This document shows positions 10,458-21,128 of a stretch of 64,000 nt of DNA, one piece after another. Origin of the DNA: Candidatus Yanofskybacteria bacterium RIFCSPHIGHO2_01_FULL_41_21. GTDB taxonomy: Bacteria; Patescibacteriota; Minisyncoccia; 2-02-FULL-40-12; GWA2-44-9. Position numbers and translations under genes: made by a program. The DNA lies in contig MGJA01000003.1 in the NCBI GenBank assembly GCA_001794025.1, forward strand, positions 76,909 through 140,908, read 5' to 3'. A model generated the notes under the pieces. It was not told the origin of the DNA. It ran no database searches and saw only the letters and a list, made by a program, of their open reading frames with translations. Numbering within the stretch: the stretch's first letter is position 1; each line of letters opens with the position of its first letter.

Positions 10458-11681
10458 GACCTTAACCTTTGGCACCGGAATGATAAATTTTCCACCCTGC
10501 TTTCTATAGACATCCTCTTTCTTTAAAATTGCGTCCGAATAGTTCCAGGCCAAAAGAACTGTGTAGTCAGGTCGATTTTCTTTAAAATGTTCAGGGGGAT
10601 GAACAGGAATATGTCCGCCGGGTGTGTAGAGTCCTTGTTTAAATATCGTCGTATCCACCAAATAATCTACGGTCTTGTGATTAATTTTGCAGAAATTAAG
10701 AAGGGTATTCCCTTTAGCTGGAGCACCGTATCCGGCAATAGTTTTGCCTTGGCGTTTCAAATTTAATAATAATGAACGAAGGTCTTCCTGATTCTTTTTG
10801 ACCCTTAAAGCAAAGTTCTTATAGGTTGAAAGTTTTTCTAAACCGAGTTTGTACTCTCTGTTTAGAAGTGTTTGGACCGATTGTTGGACTGTTCGTGATG
10901 CGGATATAAATACTCGTAGAGTTGCTCCATGCATACTTGTAATTTGGGCATCAAAAATATTTAGTCCAAATTGTTCTGCAAGATGTTGTAATGAACGAAG
11001 GGAGTAATAGCATAAATGTTCGTGATAAATTTGATCAAAACCACCCTCATAAATCAGATTTCCAACCCAGTGGACTTCCATCACAAATACACCATTCTTT
11101 CCTATAATATGCTTAGCGCCACGAAATACATCATGCATATCATCAATATGAGCAAAGACATTGCTACCCGTCAGTATCGTCGCTGTCCCACGTTCGGCGA
11201 CAATCTTTTTCGCTAGTTCTTCGGAAAAAAATTCGGTGATAGTCGGGATTCCTTTAATCTGGGAAATCTGGGCTATATTTTTAGCCGGTTCTATATTGAG
11301 CACCCGGCATTTATTCTGGATGATTGATAAAAGAGGTCCGTCATTGCCACCGACTTCAACTACTAAATCATTCTTTGACTTAATAAATCTCCGAATTAAT
11401 TCTTCTCCGTATTCTCTAAAATAATCCACCAACGGCTTAGAAGCCGAAGTCATGTAGACATAGTGCCGAAATAAATATTTTGAATCTACCCGATCGCGGA
11501 GTTGGACAAGGGTACAGGAAGGACAAAAATACAAACGTAATGGGAATACTGCTTCCTGTTTAGGTATCTCCTCTTTTCCTAAGAATGAATTTGCCGGTGG
11601 CATAATGCCCAAGTCCAAAATTTTTATCATTTTAGAACTTCCACAAATCCGACATTGATTTTTATGAGTATAGCGTTTCAT
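10452..11681 (-). CDS. NDP-hexose C-methyltransferase (TylCIII/NovU family: Zn-ribbon + SAM-MT + C-methyltransferase C-terminal domain)
   Basis: N-terminal CRICGSS...CPSC zinc ribbon, SAM-binding VVEVGGNDG, C-terminal domain. The track ORF start (11735) is an artefactual extension into the 110-nt repeat; the true ATG 11679-11681 abuts the repeat. Confidence 0.8.
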   Translation of the reverse strand: MKRYTHKNQCRICGSSKMIKILDLGIMPPANSFLGKEEIPKQEAVFPLRLYFCPSCTLVQLRDRVDSKYLFRHYVYMTSASKPLVDYFREYGEELIRRFIKSKNDLVVEVGGNDGPLLSIIQNKCRVLNIEPAKNIAQISQIKGIPTITEFFSEELAKKIVAERGTATILTGSNVFAHIDDMHDVFRGAKHIIGKNGVFVMEVHWVGNLIYEGGFDQIYHEHLCYYSLRSLQHLAEQFGLNIFDAQITSMHGATLRVFISASRTVQQSVQTLLNREYKLGLEKLSTYKNFALRVKKNQEDLRSLLLNLKRQGKTIAGYGAPAKGNTLLNFCKINHKTVDYLVDTTIFKQGLYTPGGHIPVHPPEHFKENRPDYTVLLAWNYSDAILKKEDVYRKQGGKFIIPVPKVKVL

Positions 11682-11791
11682 CCCGTTAGAGATGTAACAG
11701 ACCGTCCACCGTCTTGAGGTGGTGGCTAGTTGCAATCATTTTTATATTATTGATTCTCATATTTATACCCGTAGGGTTCATCTCTAACGGG
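11682..11791 (-). repeat. 110-nt TIR element copy 1 (inverted relative to copies 2-5); carries mini-ORF 11686-11781 (-)
   Basis: cccgttagagatg ... catctctaacggg; ends exactly at the ATG of the C-methyltransferase gene. Both stem arms carry a compensatory A>G / T>C change. Confidence 0.9.
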
Positions 11792-11796
11792 ATTCA

Positions 11797-12621
11797 TTAC
11801 CATTCAGTATCAAGGTATTCTTTCAATGCATCTTGCCAGGGTCTTAGAAGGGTAGGATGGGGTTCCAGACCTTCATGAAGGCGATCGGCCGAGAGGCCGA
11901 AAGTTGTTGCTGGAACTGGTTTTACAATAGATTTTGAACCAATGATTTTGACTATTTCGTTGACCTCTTGGAAACGGGAACATACACCGGTATTCACAAT
12001 ATGAAATATACCCGTCGTTTCATTTGATAATATTTCCCGAATACCCGCGACTAGGTCCTTGCCATATGTAGGCGACCCAAAATGATCTTCAGTCGCTTGT
12101 ATTTCTGGTGTTCCCTGGGCTACTTTTTCCATTATTTTGCCGACAAGCTTCTTATCTTTACCACGTCCGCCACCAAATATCCAGCAGGTCCTAACGATGG
12201 CATAATTTTCCAATATTCCTCTGATCGAAAGTTCGCCAAGATATTTGGAACGACCGTATACATTTTGAGGATTGGGAGTGTCGGAAATTTTATACGATTC
12301 AGATTGTAACCCATCAAAAACAGAATTCGTAGAAATATATATCAGTTTTGCTCCAATCTCACGGGCTGCTAAGGCAATGTAATAAGTCCCAATAAAGTTT
12401 ACCCGATAAGCATAGTCGGGGTTTTCTTCACATTGCTTCAAGTCAGTGGCACCGGCAAGATGGATAATGGTTCTAGGTTTATATTTAGTTATAGTTTCAA
12501 ATACAGCTTTTTCATCCGTAATATCAAGCTGGTCATGAGTAAGCCGGATTCCGAAATCAATATAAGAACCAATCATTCCACCGGCTCCGGTAATTAAAGT
12601 TTTAGAAAAATCATCTTTCAT
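11797..12621 (-). CDS. rmlD: dTDP-4-dehydrorhamnose reductase-like (RmlD family NAD(P)-dependent reductase)
   Basis: TGAGGMIGS ... LDITD ... IIHLAGATD ... STNSVFDG pattern typical of RmlD. Confidence 0.65.
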   Translation of the reverse strand: MKDDFSKTLITGAGGMIGSYIDFGIRLTHDQLDITDEKAVFETITKYKPRTIIHLAGATDLKQCEENPDYAYRVNFIGTYYIALAAREIGAKLIYISTNSVFDGLQSESYKISDTPNPQNVYGRSKYLGELSIRGILENYAIVRTCWIFGGGRGKDKKLVGKIMEKVAQGTPEIQATEDHFGSPTYGKDLVAGIREILSNETTGIFHIVNTGVCSRFQEVNEIVKIIGSKSIVKPVPATTFGLSADRLHEGLEPHPTLLRPWQDALKEYLDTEW

Positions 12622-13367
12622 TTTGCTGTTGGCTCATGAAAAATTACGTGAGGGAAACCAAGTTTTGCACCGATATAAAACAATAGTATTTTGAGTGTTC
12701 GGAGAGAGTAGAGAATACTGTTTTTTAAACTGGCGCCCCGTTTATCGCCGGTGTAACTTACCTCAACCAGTACTTGGCTGACTTTGATTTTATGAAAGGC
12801 AGCTTGAGCTAAGAGTTCAATACTGAAAGCATAGTCCTTGGAATTTGCCATGAAATTTACCCGTTCCAATAATTTTCTTGTATAGACACGAAAACCTTGA
12901 TGATAATCATCTATCGGCAATCTTAAGACCACTTTAGATATCCAACCGAGCATTACAAGAGGCAGTAGTTTCCAAGCATACATACCATTTTCTGTCGGCT
13001 TGTGTCCTTTAAAAAACCTGTTTCCCAACACAAACTCGGACCCGTTTTCTATTTCCCTAATTGCGGGCAATATAGCCGAAGGTTTATATTCACCATCAGG
13101 ATGGATATCAATAATAATATCGGCTCCTTTTTCCAGGGCGATAGAAAGGGCTCGTTTTAGATTTCCGCCATATCCAAGATTAGTAGGATTTTTGTATGAT
13201 TCAATTCCTAGTCCTTGCGCCAATTCAAAAGTATTATCTTTTGAGTCATCGTCAACCAGAATAATTTCATCAAAGAGTTCTTTCGGCAGAGAACGATAAA
13301 GATTTTCCAGTGATTTCGCACAGTTATAGGCAATTAAAACGACGATAATTTTGGGCTTTTGTTCCAT
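12618..13367 (-). CDS. GT2 glycosyltransferase, polyprenyl-phosphate sugar synthase-like (Dpm1/ArnC/GtrB type)
   Basis: IIVVLIAYNCAKSL...EIILVDDDSKDNT...GYGGNLKRAL; ~250 aa. Confidence 0.7.
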   Translation of the reverse strand: MEQKPKIIVVLIAYNCAKSLENLYRSLPKELFDEIILVDDDSKDNTFELAQGLGIESYKNPTNLGYGGNLKRALSIALEKGADIIIDIHPDGEYKPSAILPAIREIENGSEFVLGNRFFKGHKPTENGMYAWKLLPLVMLGWISKVVLRLPIDDYHQGFRVYTRKLLERVNFMANSKDYAFSIELLAQAAFHKIKVSQVLVEVSYTGDKRGASLKNSILYSLRTLKILLFYIGAKLGFPHVIFHEPTAK

Positions 13368-13426
13368 GTAGGTGTAGCTATATTATCGCAAAGTCCCCTT
13401 CTTTTCAATAGTAAATAGAATAACTT

Positions 13427-14827
13427 TTAAGGTTGTTTTTCAACCGATTTGAGCTGATAGATCCTGTAACTACCGATTTGATTGAGAGGTTGATAGTAGG
13501 TATCAAGTATATTTTGATGGGGCACAACCATAGCGTTATCAGCGCTCTTGAAAACAATAAGTTGAGTCCTGAATGGATCCTTGATGAGGAGAGGATTAAA
13601 ACCAAGTTCGGGTACACCGACATATTTGACTATCTGATACCTTTGTTCGGTTGGTATCAATGAAGATACTTCAAGCGCGTTAATTATTCCGACTGACTGT
13701 TTGAGATTAGTAATGTAAGAAGCGGTATCTTGAGGGGAAGTATCTCTAACGTCACCACGAAATAGGAAAAGTTGTCCGATGTTAAGTAGAATCAAAAATA
13801 TCGTGATATATAAGCCGAGACGTTTCTTCCCTATAGATAAAATCGGATATAGGAATATTAAGGTTAATAACTCCAGAGGGAGCAGATAACGAAACCAGCC
13901 CGGACTACGCAGAAAATATATAATTAAAAAAGTAATATATATAAATGTAAAGAAATAAAGTTTCCTAAACTTTATTTCGGTTAACTGGTAGTTTTTAAAA
14001 ATAAATGATGTGATAACAATAAGTAGGAGGCCAAAATAAATAATAGTGCTGTGATTCCAATAAGTTTGAATATTGGAGATGACATTATTAAACAGGGAGG
14101 GCGAGTCAAACGGATTACGATAAAGATTGATTATTTCAATCCAATTTTTTGATGAGAAAATATTAGGCACAATAAGAATAAAGAATAGCGCAATAGGGCC
14201 GATACAACCGATAATAAAATCTTTAAGTTTCTGGAGTTTATTTTCTTCAAAAAAATAAAGATAAATTAGGAATGATGGTAATAGCAGAATATACATTGAT
14301 GGTTTACTGATTGCCGACAAACCAAAGAGAAGGCCGGTGAGTTTAAAATTTTGTTTTTGGATGAGTTGGTAGAGACCCCAAATAAGAAACACAAAACCCG
14401 GTATCTCACCCATAATCTGCATGCCGTTGCCATAAAAAGGAGCAAAGCTGGCCACGAGGGCTGTAGCGTACAAGCCGGCCGGTTGGCCCCAAAAGACCCT
14501 AACTACATAGAAAATGCTCCAGAGAGCAATTAAAAGCCATGCCAGCATCATCAGGCGACCGGAGACCAGATTGACATGACTAAGTTTGAAGATAAGGGCT
14601 AAGGGCAAAGATACGGTATAACCGGTAGCGTTAAAGAGATGTGAGTATCCACTGAAAATATTTGGGCTGACCATAATATCAAGCTTGCCATCTGTCGCAA
14701 AATTGCGGGCGGTTTCAACGATACCTGCTTCATCAAAGAAATAACGGGGTTGAGAAGTGAGTGTACGAAGCGAAACAAAAACCACAAAACTCATAATAAT
14801 TCCAAGGATGACATATGTGTATTTCAT
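13427..14827 (-). CDS. GT-C family membrane glycosyltransferase (ArnT/PMT-like)
   Basis: Polytopic; N-terminal extracytoplasmic loop with D/E motif region; paired downstream of a Dpm1-like GT2. Confidence 0.55.
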   Translation of the reverse strand: MKYTYVILGIIMSFVVFVSLRTLTSQPRYFFDEAGIVETARNFATDGKLDIMVSPNIFSGYSHLFNATGYTVSLPLALIFKLSHVNLVSGRLMMLAWLLIALWSIFYVVRVFWGQPAGLYATALVASFAPFYGNGMQIMGEIPGFVFLIWGLYQLIQKQNFKLTGLLFGLSAISKPSMYILLLPSFLIYLYFFEENKLQKLKDFIIGCIGPIALFFILIVPNIFSSKNWIEIINLYRNPFDSPSLFNNVISNIQTYWNHSTIIYFGLLLIVITSFIFKNYQLTEIKFRKLYFFTFIYITFLIIYFLRSPGWFRYLLPLELLTLIFLYPILSIGKKRLGLYITIFLILLNIGQLFLFRGDVRDTSPQDTASYITNLKQSVGIINALEVSSLIPTEQRYQIVKYVGVPELGFNPLLIKDPFRTQLIVFKSADNAMVVPHQNILDTYYQPLNQIGSYRIYQLKSVEKQP

Positions 14828-14921
14828 GGTTCTAATATAACAAAAGCTTGCCCGGTAGTGAAGTTTCTATAGTCGCATACACACGACTTTACCGTAGCTG
14901 GAGACCCTACTAAATTAGTGG

Positions 14922-17021
14922 TTATTGGAATTTAGAGTTGCTTATGGTATGTGGATTCATAATATATCGCATGATATATGGAGCAATGAATTTACTACCG
15001 TAAGGGCTTAGGTGATGTTTGTCGGAATAAAGAAGTACACCCCTATAAAGAATCGGGCATTGTTTATCTGTACACAAGAAAAGAAATGGATCAATGACAA
15101 TAAGATCACGTATCCCGTTGAATATTTTAATGTAGTCAGTCCTATCCCGTAAGACACTTTCTTTGTCTACAGCACATTCCATTTCCGTTAAAGTCCGGCC
15201 ATCAGAAAAAATTAGACAATCGCGGGGACTCATACTACCAGTTCCAGGATTCTCTGGTACATAAAAAACTTTCTTACCATTCCCATTGAGTAGGGAAACT
15301 GTGTCTGTCAGGCCATGAGAAAAAGTTTGTATTGGATTCTCTGATACAAAATCGGTATTTAAGGTAACTGCCTCTTCGCCTGTCAGGTACGTCAAGCCCC
15401 GCGTAGCAATAATCACAATCTCAATATCATTACTTTTCGTTAAAAATTCGAATATCTTTTCCGTCTTTTCCTTACATAATTTGCGATCATTAATATCTGC
15501 CCCCGCAATTACATTGTAAAAAGTCGGACATCCGCTAGTAGCAAGGAGTAACAGATTTTTTTTATATTTTTTAAGTTCATCTGCCAGTCCTTCAAATAAT
15601 GTCCCTGCGTGGGAATCTCCGATTAAAGCTACGGTGCCATTGCCATTAAGATTATTAAACCTACAGTAGTCAAAATCAGATTTACCAACACTGGTAAAAG
15701 TTAACTTTTGGCAAGCAGAATCTGTATGCACTTCCATTCCTTGGAGTTGTTTATAGTTTTCATCAAAGTTAGCGCCAAAAGTTTCATAGCGACCAGCAAA
15801 TCCAAACTTTCCTACCACCGTTGCCCCTAACATCCAGATTAAGAACATCAGGACAAGCAGAAACTTTGCCTTTGCTGGTTTATTTGACCCGAAACGAATC
15901 GGTTGTTCAATATACTTATATGTTCCCCAGGCAAGCACAAAGCTTAAACAGACCATCAATGCTATCACGTCGCTTCTTAAGGAAAACCCCCCTATTCTTG
16001 TAAACGACAGCAATGGCCAATGCCACAAATATAACGGATAGCTGATAAGCCCGACAAAAACGAGTATCCGATTAGAAAAAACTTTTCGGTTTAGCCATGC
16101 CTGCGGCCCAGTATATATAAGAAGTAATGTCCCCAAGGTCGGAAGTAATGCCCACCATCCCGGGAATTGTCTGGCTTCATTAATTAACAAAATCCCAGCA
16201 ATAACTAGTGCCAAACCAAGCCAAGCTAATATTTCCAACACTTTTTTTGAACTTAAAATTAAAGAAGAATAAAAAATAGAAATATAAGCCAGAAAAATTC
16301 CGAGAATTAATTCCCAAAAGCGTGTAAACGGAAAATAAAAAGCCGCGTCGGGTTGTAAATTTGTAAACCTAATATTAAACCAGAAAGAAATAAGAAAAAG
16401 TCCGGTAATAGCAACTAAGGGTTTGCGGATAAATTTCCAGGACAATAATAAAATCGCGGGAATAAACAGATAAAACTGCTCTTCAATACCGAGTGACCAC
16501 ATGTGCAGGAGGGGCTTATAATCTTTGGCCACATCAAAATATCCGGTCTCTAGATAGAGGACTATATTTGACAAAAATCCAGTTCCCCACATAACATGCT
16601 TACCAAGCGACATAAACTCATTTGGTAAAAGAATAAACCAACCCGTAACTAAAACAAAAATAAATACTACAATTATAGAAGGGAAGATACGGTTAATTCT
16701 ACGCGTATAAAAATCACGAAAGCTAAAAGTATTATTTTGCAACCCCTTAAATATAATTGTTGAGATAAGAAACCCCGATATGACAAAAAAAATGTCTACA
16801 CCTATAAACCCCCCTGGAATATTTACCAATGGGAAAGAGTGGAAAGCAAGTACTAAGAGAATAGCTATCCCGCGAAGTCCATCAATATCTGCTCGGTATT
16901 TTAAACGACTATCTAAATTATCTTTTGAGTTTGACAACATATAAAAATCATACCATGCCTTATAATAGCCAACAATCTTTGATTCAGATGGAGTTTTACA
17001 GCTAACTGCCAATAACATCAA
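14922..17021 (-). CDS. Acyltransferase-3 (OafA-like) membrane O-acyltransferase fused to SGNH hydrolase domain
   Basis: YRADIDGLRGIAILLVLAFHSF...GVDIFFVISGFLIS (AT3) plus C-terminal LIGDSHAG (SGNH). The real start may be the internal Met near 16940. Confidence 0.8.
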   Translation of the reverse strand: MMLLAVSCKTPSESKIVGYYKAWYDFYMLSNSKDNLDSRLKYRADIDGLRGIAILLVLAFHSFPLVNIPGGFIGVDIFFVISGFLISTIIFKGLQNNTFSFRDFYTRRINRIFPSIIVVFIFVLVTGWFILLPNEFMSLGKHVMWGTGFLSNIVLYLETGYFDVAKDYKPLLHMWSLGIEEQFYLFIPAILLLSWKFIRKPLVAITGLFLISFWFNIRFTNLQPDAAFYFPFTRFWELILGIFLAYISIFYSSLILSSKKVLEILAWLGLALVIAGILLINEARQFPGWWALLPTLGTLLLIYTGPQAWLNRKVFSNRILVFVGLISYPLYLWHWPLLSFTRIGGFSLRSDVIALMVCLSFVLAWGTYKYIEQPIRFGSNKPAKAKFLLVLMFLIWMLGATVVGKFGFAGRYETFGANFDENYKQLQGMEVHTDSACQKLTFTSVGKSDFDYCRFNNLNGNGTVALIGDSHAGTLFEGLADELKKYKKNLLLLATSGCPTFYNVIAGADINDRKLCKEKTEKIFEFLTKSNDIEIVIIATRGLTYLTGEEAVTLNTDFVSENPIQTFSHGLTDTVSLLNGNGKKVFYVPENPGTGSMSPRDCLIFSDGRTLTEMECAVDKESVLRDRTDYIKIFNGIRDLIVIDPFLFLCTDKQCPILYRGVLLYSDKHHLSPYGSKFIAPYIMRYIMNPHTISNSKFQ

Positions 17022-17097
17022 ACTATGTCAACCTCAAAATTAGCTATCGGGCTTGTAAAAATAGATAATTAATCATATCATACAATAAATTTATACC

Positions 17098-18147
17098 ATG
17101 TCCAGAAATATCCTTATAATCACCCAGAAGGTTGATGAACAAGATGATCTTCTTGGCTTTTTTGTTGATTGGATAGGGGAATTTGCGAAACATTTTGATA
17201 GGGTATTTGTAATAACCCTTGCCGAGGGTAAGTATGATTTACCCAATAATGTCTCCGTGTATTCTTTGGGTAAAGAGAGGAATAATTCAAAAATAGCCCG
17301 TTTTTTTAATTTTTATAAATATCTATTTAAACTGGTTCCGCAATCAAGCAGTATTTTTGCTCATATGTCTCCTGTATTTGTGATTGCTTCCTGGCCGGTT
17401 ACTTTTATTTATAGAAGAAAAATAATTTTATGGTATCTTCATCGTTCAGTTACTTTTCGTCTAAAAGTAGCCGAGAAACTGTGTTATAAAATCGTAACCG
17501 CCTCTAAAGAAAGTTTGAAATTCACCAGCGATAAAATAATAGAAACAGGACACGGCATTAATATAAATAAATTTAGGACTGACAGAAATTGGGGTAATGG
17601 TCAGCTAAAAATATTAAGTGTAGGGAGAATATCAAAAATAAAAAATTACGAAACCCTAATTGAATCGGCTAGAATTCTAAAAGACAAAAACATAGATTTC
17701 GGTCTTAAAATTATTGGTCAGCCGGTAATGGCTCCTGACTTTGAATATTTTGAACATTTGAAATTATTGAAGGAAAAACTTAATTTGAATGATTCTGTTC
17801 AGTTTGTGGGATTTATGCCTCATAATAAAATTCCCGACTATTATAAAGAATCCGATGTCGTTGTCGGCCTAACTCCGAAAGGGGGAATAGATAAAGCAAT
17901 TCTTGAGGGTATGGCTTCGGGGTGTATTACTATTACCTCCAACAATGCCTGTAAAAAATATTTTGGGGAATATTCGGATAAACTAATATTTGAATATAAT
18001 AATCCTGAAAATTTAGCCGAAAAAATTAAAAACCTTACTCTCCTTTCAATAAAAGAAAAAGAGGAAGTATCTAACTTCCTCTTTTTCTCAGTCACTAATC
18101 ACCATGACCTGGCAGGACTTATCAGTAAGATATCAGGTATTTTTTAG
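17098..18147 (+). CDS. Glycosyltransferase, GT-B fold (GT4-like)
   Basis: C-terminal GGIDKAILEGMASGCITITSNN. Confidence 0.65.
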   Translation: MSRNILIITQKVDEQDDLLGFFVDWIGEFAKHFDRVFVITLAEGKYDLPNNVSVYSLGKERNNSKIARFFNFYKYLFKLVPQSSSIFAHMSPVFVIASWPVTFIYRRKIILWYLHRSVTFRLKVAEKLCYKIVTASKESLKFTSDKIIETGHGININKFRTDRNWGNGQLKILSVGRISKIKNYETLIESARILKDKNIDFGLKIIGQPVMAPDFEYFEHLKLLKEKLNLNDSVQFVGFMPHNKIPDYYKESDVVVGLTPKGGIDKAILEGMASGCITITSNNACKKYFGEYSDKLIFEYNNPENLAEKIKNLTLLSIKEKEEVSNFLFFSVTNHHDLAGLISKISGIF

Positions 18148-19157
18148 AAAGGGTTTAAGAAGTCAATCTTTCCTTTGGCGAAATTTATATATTCTTTCAA
18201 AATATCATCTAAGGAAAATCTTGGTTTCCATTTAAGATCGTGAATTACACGGCTTGGGTCGGCTACCTTATTCCAGGCCTCTTCATAAAGCGGTCCATAA
18301 ATTTTCTTGGGGTCCACGTGCTTAATTTTGCTTTTTGAACCGGATAATCGAACAATGCGTTCGGCCAGTTTTTGTATGGAACACAAATTTCCAGGATTGC
18401 CGATGTTGTATATTTTACCAGTGTAATTGGTCTCCATTAGGTCAACCATGGGCTGAACTATATCTGTAACGTGGGTAAAGGTTCTTTTTTGTTTTCCGTC
18501 TCCAAATATAGTTAAGGGCTTATTTGCTAATGCAGCTTCAACAAATCTCGGGACTACAAATCCTGCTTCTCCGTTTTGATATGGACCGATAATATTAAAA
18601 GGTCTTATCAAATTAAGTTTGAGAGGTCTAACTTTGGAAAGATTTAGCAAAACAATCTCAGACAATAATTTAGATACTCCATATTCAAGACGAATAGTAA
18701 TATTGGCCGGCACAATTTTAGGGATGTCTTCCTGCTGGGGCTTACCTCCCTCAGGGTGGCTTCCATATACTTCTGATGTAGACATGGACAAAAGTTTGGC
18801 GTTATTTTTGAGCGCCAGGTGGGCCATAATTAGAGAATCGTCGACTATCATTGCCCCCATTCTCCCGGCATACTTAAGGACACCGGCAGGACCAACCGGA
18901 CTTGCCAGATGAAAAATCAAGTCGTAAGTTCTATTTTTGGGGGACTTGAATGTTTCTACCGACGTTTCATAAAAAACAATACCATGTCGCTTAAAAAATA
19001 TTTTTCTTTCTTTACGGAAAGAAGAATTAGATAAATTATCTACAACATCAATTTGTGGATTTTTATATCGACGAACTAACTCATTTATAAGGTGGGTTCC
19101 AATAAAACCAATTCCGCCGGTGACAAGAATTTTTAATGGTTTGCTCGTTTTTTTCAT
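18144..19157 (-). CDS. NAD-dependent epimerase/dehydratase (UDP-glucuronate decarboxylase / UXS-like)
   Basis: ILVTGGIGFIGTHL Rossmann; MSTSEVYG...YGVSK catalytic Y-x3-K. Confidence 0.7.
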   Translation of the reverse strand: MKKTSKPLKILVTGGIGFIGTHLINELVRRYKNPQIDVVDNLSNSSFRKERKIFFKRHGIVFYETSVETFKSPKNRTYDLIFHLASPVGPAGVLKYAGRMGAMIVDDSLIMAHLALKNNAKLLSMSTSEVYGSHPEGGKPQQEDIPKIVPANITIRLEYGVSKLLSEIVLLNLSKVRPLKLNLIRPFNIIGPYQNGEAGFVVPRFVEAALANKPLTIFGDGKQKRTFTHVTDIVQPMVDLMETNYTGKIYNIGNPGNLCSIQKLAERIVRLSGSKSKIKHVDPKKIYGPLYEEAWNKVADPSRVIHDLKWKPRFSLDDILKEYINFAKGKIDFLNPF

Positions 19158-19225
19158 ATTGATTCTTATTGTATTTTAAGATATTATGCCATGTAAGGTA
19201 CTATAAATCAAAATGAGAGTCAATA

Positions 19226-20317
19226 ATGAGAATTTTATATTTTGGCACATACAATCCGACCTATGTCCGAAATAGCGTCTTAATGGATGGTCTAAGGGCA
19301 AATGGCATGAAAATTATAGAATGCCATGACGATTCTCCCGGGTTGAAGAAGTTTGTAAAGTTATTTTTTAAACATTGGAAATTGCGCAACCAATACGACG
19401 TGATGGTCGTAGGTTTTTTGGGTCAGGTCATTATGCCATTGGCAAAAATAATAAATTTTCCTCTAGTTTCATTCAGGCCAACTAAGCCGATTGTTTTTGA
19501 TGCTTTTATGTCCTTGTATGATTCAAATGTATTTGGAAGAGAAAAAATAAAACCCAAAAGCATCAAGGCCTATTATTATTGGCTTTTAGATTGGTTTTCT
19601 ATGAGTTTGGGAGATTTAGTTCTGTTTGATACTCAACAGCATATTAATTACGCATCAAATGAGTTTGGAATAAAAAAAAGAAAACTTGCAAAAATATTTA
19701 TAGGAGCCAAGGAAGATATATTTTACCCTCGTCCATTCGAAAAAAATAAAGATAAGTTCAAGGTATTATTTCATGGTACATTTATAAAATCTCAAGGTAT
19801 AGAGTTTATATTACAGGCGGCAAAACTACTGGAAGGATACAGTGATATAAGTTTTACGTTTGTAGGAGACGGGCAGGTGAGGATAAAAATGGAAAAATTA
19901 GCGTATGATTTAAAATTAGGTAATGTAACTTTTACGGGTCTCATGCCCATATCGGAAATTCCCAATTATATTGCGGGGGCAGATGTTTGTCTCGGTCTTT
20001 TTGGGAAAGCGGAAAAAATTCAAAGGGTTATTGCCACAAAAGTATTTGAATGCGTTGCTATGGGTAAAACGGTACTCACGGCCGATACTCCGGCTATTAG
20101 AGAATTATTTGATGATAAAGATCTGATGTTGGTTGATATAGCTGATGCTCAGGGGATAGCTGACGGTATCTTAAAATTAAGATCCGATCAGGATTTATCC
20201 GGAGAATTAGCCAAAAACGGATATAAAAAATTTGTGGAGCATGCCTCCACCAACATATTGGGGAAAGAATTTGCAGATTTAATATTGGGTCTTGAAAAAA
20301 GAACAAAAAGTGTGTAG
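19226..20317 (+). CDS. Glycosyltransferase, GT-B fold (GT4-like)
   Basis: C-terminal KVFECVAMGKTVLTADTPAIRELF. Confidence 0.6.
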   Translation: MRILYFGTYNPTYVRNSVLMDGLRANGMKIIECHDDSPGLKKFVKLFFKHWKLRNQYDVMVVGFLGQVIMPLAKIINFPLVSFRPTKPIVFDAFMSLYDSNVFGREKIKPKSIKAYYYWLLDWFSMSLGDLVLFDTQQHINYASNEFGIKKRKLAKIFIGAKEDIFYPRPFEKNKDKFKVLFHGTFIKSQGIEFILQAAKLLEGYSDISFTFVGDGQVRIKMEKLAYDLKLGNVTFTGLMPISEIPNYIAGADVCLGLFGKAEKIQRVIATKVFECVAMGKTVLTADTPAIRELFDDKDLMLVDIADAQGIADGILKLRSDQDLSGELAKNGYKKFVEHASTNILGKEFADLILGLEKRTKSV

Positions 20318-20342
20318 TGTTTCAATTTAACTGAATATAAAT

Positions 20343-21119
20343 ATGGTAAATATAACCAATTTTGTTAAGGCCCCGAAAAATATTAAAGAGTTACATTATT
20401 TGAAAAGAAAATATTATCACCTAGTTATAAGAGTAATAAATCTCTATAATCATTTGGTAAGAATCTCTAACCCTCAAAAAATAAATTCATCAGGGCTAAA
20501 AGAATTAGACGAAATAAGACGACGTTCTTTTAAAAGGACCGATATCAGTGATCACCTGGTGAGTTTATTTGAAGAATCATTAGATATAAAACCAAAATTA
20601 ATAGTGGAGCTTGGCGTGGGACCCGGAGAGAGTAGTTTTGTTTTGGAAAGCGTATCTAGGATATATGAAGCCAATTTGGTAAGCGTTGATAAAAACTCAA
20701 AAACAGTGGGGACGAATTCCTCTCATCGTTTTTTTATAAATATGGACGACATTGAATTTGCGAAAAATTTTAAAAATTGGTGCCATGATAGGAATATCGA
20801 TCCTTTAATAGACGTTCTTTTTATTGATACCAGTCATAAATATTTACACACTAAAGATGAGATAGAACACTGGTTTAATTTTTTATCCGCGCGAGCTAAG
20901 GTTTTTTTCCACGATACTAATGTGAGAGCTATTTATTGGCGCGAAGATGGGAGTGTGGGAGTAACTTATGCCCACGAACCTAGAGGCGTGATGAGGGCGA
21001 TTGAAGAATTCCTAGACGCATCATTTAATGAAAAAGAAAAATTCCTTGATATTAGAAACGGTTGGAAAATAAAGCATAATCCTTTGTGTAACGGGTTTAC
21101 CATACTTAATAAAATATAA
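20343..21119 (+). CDS. Class I SAM-dependent methyltransferase (Methyltransf_24 / CmcI-like sugar O-methyltransferase)
   Basis: LIVELGVGPGESS ... LFIDTSHKY. Confidence 0.6.
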   Translation: MVNITNFVKAPKNIKELHYLKRKYYHLVIRVINLYNHLVRISNPQKINSSGLKELDEIRRRSFKRTDISDHLVSLFEESLDIKPKLIVELGVGPGESSFVLESVSRIYEANLVSVDKNSKTVGTNSSHRFFINMDDIEFAKNFKNWCHDRNIDPLIDVLFIDTSHKYLHTKDEIEHWFNFLSARAKVFFHDTNVRAIYWREDGSVGVTYAHEPRGVMRAIEEFLDASFNEKEKFLDIRNGWKIKHNPLCNGFTILNKI

Positions 21120-21128
21120 ATTTAAATC

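Noticed and set aside
10452-11735. ORF-track N-terminal extensions MQLATTSRRWTVCYISNGM..., MQLATISRRWMISYISNGM... and MVCYISNGM... on genes 10452-11735, 26289-27368 and 32846-33604
   Set aside because: These residues are simply the 110-nt repeat translated in the gene frame. The conserved protein N-termini (Zn-ribbon CRICGS, Rossmann KIGILG, GT2 LSIVVL) begin at the ATG that abuts the repeat, so the starts were moved there.
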